Positions 43,235 to 50,341 of a stretch of 50,341 nucleotides of DNA are shown piece by piece (position 1 is the stretch's first letter; every line of letters begins with the position of its first letter). Where the stretch lies: assembly GCA_024642765.1 (NCBI GenBank), contig JAHEAM010000001.1:1-50341 (forward strand), given 5' to 3'. The DNA comes from Planctomycetaceae bacterium (GTDB lineage Bacteria; Planctomycetota; Planctomycetia; Pirellulales; Pirellulaceae). The translations under genes were made by a program, and so were the position numbers. The notes beneath the pieces are model-generated. The model was not told the DNA's origin and ran no database searches. It saw only the letters and a list, made by a program, of their open reading frames with translations.

Positions 43235-44599
43235 TTATTGAGGTAGCCGTACTTCAAATAGGGTCAATTGGTCAACCCGACGCCATTGCACCGTGCCCTG
43301 ATGCGCCGCCACAACGTTGCGAACAATACTCAGTCCCAAGCCCACGCCATCAGTCTTGCCAGATGTCAAAGGCTCAAAAATTTTGTCGGCGATCGCTGGG
43401 TCGGGACCAAGTCCGTTATCGATAACACTCAAGGTCAACATTTCGCCTTCTTGACGACTGCACAGACGCAACATCACCTGAGGTTCGGCACTTCTCGCAA
43501 GTTGAACTGCCTCGATTGCATTGAGCAAAAGATTCAATATCATCTGCTCGAGACCCTCCGGATCGACACGGATCATTATTGGGCGGTCGTCAGCCTCGAA
43601 TTTTAAGTCAACTTTGGCGTGTCGTGCTGCCGGTGCAACCAATGGCAGCAAATTCTCCGCCAAATGGCCGAGATCAACGTATTCCATTTTGGGTTCAGAA
43701 GGCCGCGCAATGGCCAAGAACTTTTTGAGGTAACGTTCCATAAGCTCAAGTTGTCGAGTCGCGACCAAGAGGCTTTCATCGTCCTTGTCGGAACACGCAT
43801 CACGGTGAAAATCGAGCGCCATTCGAGCTCCCGTGACGGTGTTTCGCAATTGATGGGCAAGGCCTCCGCCGAGAAGACCTAACGTATGGACCTGTTCCGT
43901 CTGACGAATGCGATCTCGATAGGCTTGCAACTTTTCAGCCATTTGATTGACCGACGCGGCGAGGTCACGCAATTCGTCGTTGGTGCTAGGCAAGGGCATT
44001 TGTTGAAAGTCGCCACCTGCAATTCGATCGACTTGGTTGCCAACTCTTTTCATCGAACCACTGATGCGCGCCGCGAGCCAAGCGGCAAATCCAGCTACGA
44101 CGAGGCCACCAATCATTCCTGTCGCGATCGCTGGCCAAATAGCAGCATGGATCTGTTGTTGGTATTCGTTTTTGGAATAGAGAATATGCAAGTTCTGCGG
44201 CGGGCGGGTTTCGCGAGCTCGAATGGGAATAGCTGCATGAAAAAATTCTTCATCGGCAACTCGGACAGTGGAGGCCAGTTTGAATCCGTCGGACGTCGGG
44301 GTTGTCTTGGGCAGATCCGTCGAATTCAACCGTGTATCGGTAACAGCGACAACGTTGCCTTGAGCGTCGTTTACCACCAACAGTGCGCCGGTCAATCCGT
44401 GAATTTGTTCCAGGACACGTTGCGTGATCGGAAAATTCGCATCGGCAAAAACGTTGGCAACCGATTCAATTCGTTCCTCGATACGCTGGCGACGTTCGTT
44501 CGCAATCGCCAACACAAATTTCCACGTTAAAACGACAACTAGCAACAATATCACAGTCGTGATGGGAACCAGGATTTGAAATCGCAATGATTGGCGCAT
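43235..44599 (-). CDS. Two-component sensor histidine kinase (2 TM helices, periplasmic sensor, HAMP, HisKA, HATPase_c)
   Basis: TM1 ILVPITTVILLLVVVL, TM2 AIATGMIGGLVVAGFAAWLA, H-box LGGGLAHQLRN, N-box LLLNAIEA, G-boxes DNGLGP and GVGLGLSIV. Confidence 0.85.
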   Translation of the reverse strand: MRQSLRFQILVPITTVILLLVVVLTWKFVLAIANERRQRIEERIESVANVFADANFPITQRVLEQIHGLTGALLVVNDAQGNVVAVTDTRLNSTDLPKTTPTSDGFKLASTVRVADEEFFHAAIPIRARETRPPQNLHILYSKNEYQQQIHAAIWPAIATGMIGGLVVAGFAAWLAARISGSMKRVGNQVDRIAGGDFQQMPLPSTNDELRDLAASVNQMAEKLQAYRDRIRQTEQVHTLGLLGGGLAHQLRNTVTGARMALDFHRDACSDKDDESLLVATRQLELMERYLKKFLAIARPSEPKMEYVDLGHLAENLLPLVAPAARHAKVDLKFEADDRPIMIRVDPEGLEQMILNLLLNAIEAVQLARSAEPQVMLRLCSRQEGEMLTLSVIDNGLGPDPAIADKIFEPLTSGKTDGVGLGLSIVRNVVAAHQGTVQWRRVDQLTLFEVRLPQ

Positions 44600-44842
44600 G
44601 AGATTATGTTTTTTTCATGAGGCGGTTCGTCCAACGACTTAACAGCTTAGCATCTCGCGAAAAAATCGTCGCTGTAACATTTGATTTGTTATCGAATTTC
44701 ATTCTGCGAGTTCGGCTTTTCTATCGATTGTTTTCAGGGCAATTCATTTTTTCGATTCACAGAACGTGTTTCCTTCGATCCGCTAGAATGAATCCTGTTG
44801 TTAATTGGAAAATAACCTGACCGAATCATTCAACCAGAATTG

Positions 44843-45700
44843 ATGATGAACCAATCGCAAAACGAAATACTTCCCAGTCGATTTGGCTGGCGTAAAAAGC
44901 TATACGAGATCATTTTCGAAGCAGATACACCATTGGGAATCGCCTTTGATGTTCTTTTACTGATTGCTATTCTTGCCAGCGTCTTTTTTGTTTGCCTTGA
45001 GACAACGTATTCACACAATGACCCAGCCGACCTGCAGCGCATCGCTCAACTCGACAAAATTGAATTGTTGATAACGATTGTGTTTTCGATCGAGTATGTC
45101 TTGAGAATTATCTGTGTACGTAATCCCTGGCGATATGTTTTTAGCTTTTTTGGAATCATTGATTTGTTAGCTTGCCTACCGGGCTTTTTGTTTTTGGCCA
45201 CAGATCGCTATTCATCGATGTCGGTCATTCGATTGTTTCGAATCATCAGAGTGTTTCGCCTTTTTAAACTGGGATGGTTCGTTTCCGAATCTGAGGACCT
45301 CGGACGAGCTGTTTGGAAGGCCCGTGCAAAAATCATTGTTTTCTTGACGATCGTGTTAATCACTGTGACAATAACGGGCGCACTCATGTATGAAATGGAA
45401 CATCAAGAAAACGGCGAACAGTTTTCATCGATTCCACAGTCGATTTATTGGGCCATCGTGACCATGACGACCGTCGGCTATGGCGACATCGTACCCAAAA
45501 CAGTTCCTGGGAAATTTATTTCGGCCGCGCTAATCGTAATAGGCTACAGTTTGATCATTGTCCCCACGGGATTTGTTTCTGCAGAATTGAGCGGCAAAGC
45601 AAGACCTAACGTTACGAATCGGGTCTGTGATCATTGCTTCGCCGAAGGCCACGCTCAGAACGCTCAATTTTGCAACCGCTGTGGGACACCAATGGCTTGA
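44843..45700 (+). CDS. Voltage-gated-type (6TM) potassium channel with a C-terminal zinc ribbon
   Basis: S4 with R/K at every third position (RLFRIIRVFRLFK). Selectivity filter TMTTVGYGD. C-terminal CDHC...x12...CNRCG. ATG at 44843 (track start is TTG 44840). Confidence 0.85.
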   Translation: MMNQSQNEILPSRFGWRKKLYEIIFEADTPLGIAFDVLLLIAILASVFFVCLETTYSHNDPADLQRIAQLDKIELLITIVFSIEYVLRIICVRNPWRYVFSFFGIIDLLACLPGFLFLATDRYSSMSVIRLFRIIRVFRLFKLGWFVSESEDLGRAVWKARAKIIVFLTIVLITVTITGALMYEMEHQENGEQFSSIPQSIYWAIVTMTTVGYGDIVPKTVPGKFISAALIVIGYSLIIVPTGFVSAELSGKARPNVTNRVCDHCFAEGHAQNAQFCNRCGTPMA

Positions 45701-45793
45701 GCGGCCCTCAGCTATAATACGGAAGTCACCAAACGAACGATCACTTGCTGGCCACTAAAGAACTTAAAGCACTTTTCCCTTATTTGAACCATC

Positions 45794-47188
45794 GTGACTC
45801 AAAATCTCCTAGTTGTCGACGACGAAGAAGCCATTTGTTGGGGCCTTCAAAAAATTGGGCGTGAGCTCAATTGTACGGTTTATGTCGCACCCAGTGCCGA
45901 AGACGCATTGAACATCGCGGAATCCGAGACGCTCGATGCCATTATAACGGACGTTTGTTTGCCTGGTATTTCCGGACTTGCCGCGATCGCCTCCTATCGC
46001 ATACGATTCCCACGAATTCCGATCATCGTGATGACGGCCTACGGGGATCTTAAGACGGCAGTCGAAGCCGTGCGCCAAGGCGCCTTTGAGTACCTCGTGA
46101 AACCATTCTCTGCCGAAACGGTGCGTAACGTCTTAAGGCGAGCTCTCGACGATGCCAATCAAAATCGGGTCGAAATAGAACCGTCGGGCAACGCAGCGGT
46201 CGAAGGTTTCGTCGCCGAATCGACGATCATGCAAGAGGCTTTCAACCGCATTGCCTTGGCAGCGGCATCCGACGCCAGTGTTCTGATCAGCGGCGAGAGT
46301 GGCACGGGAAAAGAACTCGCCGCCCAAGCCATTCACAAATTCAGTTCGCGCGCAAGCGGACCTTTTGTTTCTGTAAACCTAGCGGCCCTGAGTCCGACCC
46401 TTGCCGAAAGCGAATTGTTCGGCCACACCAAGGGAGCCTATACCGGCGCGGACACGTCTCGCACTGGCCTGCTCGTCCAAGCCGACAAGGGCACTTTGTT
46501 CTTAGACGAAGTCGCAGACATTCCTATGCCGATCCAAGTCAAATTGTTACGAGCACTGGAAACACACGAAGTCACACCTGTCGGTGGCAGTCAACCGATC
46601 TCGACACAGTTTCGGATTATTGCCGCCTCTCATCGTGACCTAAATCAGATGATTCAACAATCCTTGTTTCGGCATGATTTGTTCTATCGTTTGGCCGGAT
46701 TTCAAATTGAGTTGCCGCCCTTGCGCGAACGCCTAGAAGACATCGAACCGTTGGCGAAACATTTTCTCGACTTGCTTGCCAATCACCCGCAAACCAGCCA
46801 ACGACTTTCAGCCGCGGCGATCGCCGAAATGAAACGCCGACCCTGGTGGGGAAACGTTCGTGAACTTCGAAACGCACTGCAACACGCAATCATCGTCGCC
46901 CGCGGTAGCACCATAGACGCCACTCACCTACCACCAGCAATTCGCCAGTCCGCTAGCGGAACGAACGATGATGGACTGGCGTCCACGATCGAACAATTGT
47001 TAGTTGCCTGGACGCTACAACACTTGAACGAATCGCCCGAGTGTGAGGACCTTTACGATCGATTGCTCAAGTTGGTCGAACCTGCCGTTTTCAATAAAGT
47101 CATGGAGCTCAACCAAAATCAATACTTAACTGCCGCCAAGGTGTTAGGCCTACACCGGACGACTCTCAAAAAGAAGCTCGACGGCTAA
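45794..47188 (+). CDS. Sigma-54-dependent response regulator (NtrC family: receiver, AAA+, Fis-type HTH)
   Basis: Receiver domain (LLVVDDEE...DAIITDVCLPGISG...K). Walker A GESGTGKE. GAYTGA loop (a GAFTGA variant). Walker B LFLDEV. C-terminal HTH AAKVLGLHRTTLKKKL. GTG start. Confidence 0.9.
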   Translation: MTQNLLVVDDEEAICWGLQKIGRELNCTVYVAPSAEDALNIAESETLDAIITDVCLPGISGLAAIASYRIRFPRIPIIVMTAYGDLKTAVEAVRQGAFEYLVKPFSAETVRNVLRRALDDANQNRVEIEPSGNAAVEGFVAESTIMQEAFNRIALAAASDASVLISGESGTGKELAAQAIHKFSSRASGPFVSVNLAALSPTLAESELFGHTKGAYTGADTSRTGLLVQADKGTLFLDEVADIPMPIQVKLLRALETHEVTPVGGSQPISTQFRIIAASHRDLNQMIQQSLFRHDLFYRLAGFQIELPPLRERLEDIEPLAKHFLDLLANHPQTSQRLSAAAIAEMKRRPWWGNVRELRNALQHAIIVARGSTIDATHLPPAIRQSASGTNDDGLASTIEQLLVAWTLQHLNESPECEDLYDRLLKLVEPAVFNKVMELNQNQYLTAAKVLGLHRTTLKKKLDG

Positions 47189-47232
47189 AACAAGCACGAA
47201 GCGCAAGTGAATATTTGCCGAGAAAAACGGGT

Positions 47233-47916
47233 TTATTCGCCTGCGCTTCGGGCTCGTATCGATCCGTCGGCAATCCGCGCAATCAACGACCAATGCGCGC
47301 CCAGTCCGGCGAGCACCAGCACATGAAACGTTTCATGTGCGCCCCACACCCGAGGCACAATTGAAAACTGCATTACATTCGCAATCGCACCGACTGTGTA
47401 AAGCGCTCCTCCCAAAAACAAAGGTCCCACGACTGTCCAACCAAAGTCGCGAAACAGCATGATCGCCGATATGACCCCGATCCAACCCATCGCAATGAAT
47501 ATGCCGACCCCAACCACATAGGGAATATGTTCAAAAAAGATCGTGCGCAGCGTGATACCGGTCACCGCAATCGTCCAGATCAACAACAACATGCCCCACC
47601 GCCGCCAGCCGCGAAACAGAATGCCATGAATCGGCGTAAACGTCCCCGCGATCAAAACAAAAATCACCGCCACATCCATTCGCAACATCACACCGCGAGC
47701 AACATACCTTGTGTCTAGCAAGTGATAAACAAAGCTCATTGATAACAACAATTGAGCCGAGCACGCAAACACAAACGAATACCAAAACCGAACTCGCGAT
47801 CGCCAAGCGCTCCGCAGCAACAAAATCGAAAGCACAAAAAACACAACCGTCCCCGCCAGGTGCGAGAGCGAGCTCATCGGATCGTTGAATCCACTGATAG
47901 AATAAACCAGGTCCAT
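47233..47916 (-). CDS. Hemolysin III / PAQR family membrane protein
   Basis: Seven TM helices. N-terminal SSLSHLAGTVVF and C-terminal HETFHVLVLAGLGAHW are typical of the HlyIII (YplQ) family. Confidence 0.85.
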   Translation of the reverse strand: MDLVYSISGFNDPMSSLSHLAGTVVFFVLSILLLRSAWRSRVRFWYSFVFACSAQLLLSMSFVYHLLDTRYVARGVMLRMDVAVIFVLIAGTFTPIHGILFRGWRRWGMLLLIWTIAVTGITLRTIFFEHIPYVVGVGIFIAMGWIGVISAIMLFRDFGWTVVGPLFLGGALYTVGAIANVMQFSIVPRVWGAHETFHVLVLAGLGAHWSLIARIADGSIRARSAGE

Positions 47917-47993
47917 TTTTTCCGGGCTGTATCATTTATGGCGTTGCGAGCATTAATTGCAAACTCTACAAACTGCTCTCGCGGCATGACTCA

Positions 47994-49925
47994 CTATTCG
48001 TTGGTATCCATACCGAGTTGTTTCATTTTGCGGTAGAGGTTGCTGCGGTGGAGGCCCATGATGCGGGCGGCTTCGGTCATGTTGCCACGTGTTTGCGCGA
48101 TGTTGCGTTCGATAAATGCGGCTTGAAAGCGATCGGTTGCGTCGGAGAGTGAAATGCCATCAACGAAGAACTCGCTGCCCATATCGTTTCCACGCGGCGA
48201 ATCAATAAACGGCAGATCCTTCGCATCCAGACTCGCATCCGTCGACAAGTAAGCGATTCTTTCCATCATGTTTCGAAGTTCGCGGACGTTTCCTGGCCAT
48301 TCATGAGTCAGCAATCGTTTTCTCGCGGCCTCGGTCAGCACGGGGGCCTTCCGCCGAACCTTCAATGCAAACATTTGCAAAAAGTGATCGGCCAATAATA
48401 AGACATCCTCACCGCGTTCGCGCAAGGCAGGCAAGTGTATCGAAACCACATTGAGACGAAAAAACAAATCCTCGCGAAACTTTTTCTCGCGGACCAAGTC
48501 CGCTAAATTCTGATTGGTTGCTGCAATCACGCGCGCATCGGTCGGGATCGGAGTCGAACCCCCGACTCGCACCACGATTTTTTCCTCTAGCACACGCAAT
48601 AATTTGGCTTGGCCACTGAGGCTCATGTCTCCAATCTCATCCAAAAACAGCGTTCCACCGTTCGCCAATTCAAACTTGCCAATTCGCGTTTGGTGGGCGT
48701 CCGTAAAGGCACCTTTTTCGTGACCGAACAACTCACTTTCGAGTAACGTCTCAGAGATTGCCGCGCAGTTCACCGCAACGAGCACATGGTCGCGGCGTTG
48801 ACTCAGGTAATGCAACATCTGAGCCGCGACTTCCTTCCCCGTACCGTTTTGGCCTGTGATGAGAATCGCCAGATCCGTATCGGCGACGCGGCGAATTGTG
48901 TCTTTGACTCGCTCGATTTCGGGTGAATTACCAATCCAAGCAACTTGATTCTGAGCTTGATCGGCCACATTCTTTTTAGAGGCAACCAGTTGTTCAACAT
49001 GTTGACTGTTTTCGATTGAGATTGCAGCGTGGGACGCCAATTCAATCAAGGCTTCTTCATCATCGCCATCAAAGTTGCCAAAGAGTTTGTTGATGACCTC
49101 GAAGGCTCCGATGATCTTGCCCGCGGCGTTTCGCATTGGCACACAGATCAGCGAGCGCGTCAGGAATTGAAGTTCTTTGTCGACTTGCCTGTGTATCATG
49201 GCTTGTTCGCTGGCAACGTCCGTGTCAACGCGTTGGGAAGTCTCCGTGCGAATAGCCTCGCCCACAACGCCGGCATTTAATGGAATCAACAACTCGCCGC
49301 CATCGACACCAAGTGCGGGCTTGCCGACGAGCATCCCGCGGACTTTGTCGATGAGAAAGATCGTTGCTCGTTCGGCTTTGAGAAACTTTCGCGCGGTCTC
49401 GGCAATTTGAGTCAAAAGATCATCGGTGTTTCGGCTCTTACTCCATTTGATGGTGACATCGAGGAGCTCTTGCAACCGTTCGGCGCGTTGATTGAGGTTT
49501 GAGTGTTTGCGCGCGACGGCCAACGCCATTCCCATCGCTGCTGCTAGACCGTCCATGACTTGCTTTTTCGCGATTGTCACGTCCGAAAAATTTCCCACGA
49601 GCAACCAGCCTTCGTCGACCGGGGATTCCAGTGTCGCCGCAATCCAACCCTCTTGGCTGTTGGTTGACTCTTGGTCCAAGACGTCGGCCAGCCATTGCGT
49701 CGGCAAACCGCTGAGCGGGGCGGTTTCGGCATGCACGCGCCATTGGCCCTTCGCGCCCTGGACTAATCCAAGCGCCGTCGCCTTGACCACCGAGTTGATC
49801 TCGTTCAAAAAAACGTGATGCAAACTCTCGGGCTCGACGTTTTTTGACGCCAATACAAGCCAACTTGGCAGGATTTTTGCCGCATCTGGCGACTGGGAAA
49901 TGCGATGCAAGAGTTGTGTAGGCAT
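47994..49925 (-). CDS. Sigma-54-dependent transcriptional activator with N-terminal GAF-type sensory region(s)
   Basis: Walker A GQNGTGKE. GAFTDA loop (variant of GAFTGA). LFLDEIGD. C-terminal HTH AARIMGLHRSNLYRKMKQLG. About 330 aa of N-terminal GAF-like sequence and no receiver domain. Confidence 0.85.
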   Translation of the reverse strand: MPTQLLHRISQSPDAAKILPSWLVLASKNVEPESLHHVFLNEINSVVKATALGLVQGAKGQWRVHAETAPLSGLPTQWLADVLDQESTNSQEGWIAATLESPVDEGWLLVGNFSDVTIAKKQVMDGLAAAMGMALAVARKHSNLNQRAERLQELLDVTIKWSKSRNTDDLLTQIAETARKFLKAERATIFLIDKVRGMLVGKPALGVDGGELLIPLNAGVVGEAIRTETSQRVDTDVASEQAMIHRQVDKELQFLTRSLICVPMRNAAGKIIGAFEVINKLFGNFDGDDEEALIELASHAAISIENSQHVEQLVASKKNVADQAQNQVAWIGNSPEIERVKDTIRRVADTDLAILITGQNGTGKEVAAQMLHYLSQRRDHVLVAVNCAAISETLLESELFGHEKGAFTDAHQTRIGKFELANGGTLFLDEIGDMSLSGQAKLLRVLEEKIVVRVGGSTPIPTDARVIAATNQNLADLVREKKFREDLFFRLNVVSIHLPALRERGEDVLLLADHFLQMFALKVRRKAPVLTEAARKRLLTHEWPGNVRELRNMMERIAYLSTDASLDAKDLPFIDSPRGNDMGSEFFVDGISLSDATDRFQAAFIERNIAQTRGNMTEAARIMGLHRSNLYRKMKQLGMDTNE

Positions 49926-50050
49926 ATTATCGGGTGGTGCCCCATGAACAGAATCGAGAGTTTCGCTAAACTAGTTTCATCTTGCAGACTAACAACTGCG
50001 TTCAATGAGCGTAGTCATTTTGATTCCAGCATTCTAGGGAGCCAGAGACA

Positions 50051-50341
50051 ATGGGCTTGTTTACGGGGAAAAAAGGGCTGATTTTAGGTGTCGCAAATGA
50101 TCGTTCGATCGCTTGGGCCATCGCCGAGCAGATCATGAACGAAGGCGGCGAGTGCGGATTCACGCATCTCCCTGACCGACCCGACGACGACAAAAAGAAA
50201 AATCGCCGCCGAGTCGAGAAGTGCATCGAAGGCCACGCGAATGCGAAGTTTTTGATTCCGCTGGATGTTCAAGACGACGAGAATATTCGCAGCGTGATGG
50301 CAGAAGCTGGTAAAGAACTCGGCAAGATTGATTTTCTGTTG
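50051..50341 (+). CDS. fabI: Enoyl-[acyl-carrier-protein] reductase (NADH), 5' fragment running off the window
   Basis: MGLFTGKKGLILGVANDRSIAWAIA is the characteristic FabI N-terminus. The ORF is open to the window end, so it is absent from the ORF track. Confidence 0.85.
   Translation, partial: MGLFTGKKGLILGVANDRSIAWAIAEQIMNEGGECGFTHLPDRPDDDKKKNRRRVEKCIEGHANAKFLIPLDVQDDENIRSVMAEAGKELGKIDFLL

Noticed and set aside
1-50341. Search for CRISPR arrays, IS elements or transposases, integrases, tRNA or rRNA genes, and known defence-system proteins
   Set aside because: I recognised no regularly spaced direct repeats, no DDE or tyrosine/serine recombinase motifs, no terminal inverted repeats flanking a gene block, and no tRNA cloverleaf. 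The window reads as core chromosome rather than a mobile or defence island.

Overview
This is a roughly 50% GC chromosomal segment that looks like a Planctomycetota (Pirellulales-type) genome. The lineage call rests on two proteins with the N-terminal LEPR-XLL motif (MEPRQLLA, LEPRQLLA), a DUF1559-type domain, an ECF sigma factor coupled to a Ser/Thr kinase, several Hanks-type kinases, and a GH57 glycogen enzyme. I support 38 protein-coding genes. Housekeeping genes are nadD, an rsmB/F-like methyltransferase, a trmN6-like methyltransferase, def-fmt, folK, glgA, a galT-like gene, tag, glyA and a partial fabI. They are interleaved with a dense set of signalling genes: an ECF sigma factor with an anti-sigma/kinase fusion, an FHA-pseudokinase facing a zinc-ribbon kinase with RDD domains, and a histidine kinase, K+ channel and NtrC-type regulator followed by a second sigma-54 activator. 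I could not find any rRNA, tRNA, CRISPR array, transposase, integrase or obvious prophage or defence-island content. No single gene cluster is demonstrably a new system from sequence alone. The best candidates for follow-up are the three signalling modules, a DUF1559 domain that has lost its pilin-type leader, the nadD-linked adenylate-forming enzyme with an orphan small protein, and a 790-bp structured, repeat-containing intergenic region upstream of folK. All functional calls come from motif recognition by eye, with no database search. Start codons are provisional wherever the ORF track begins at TTG or GTG.
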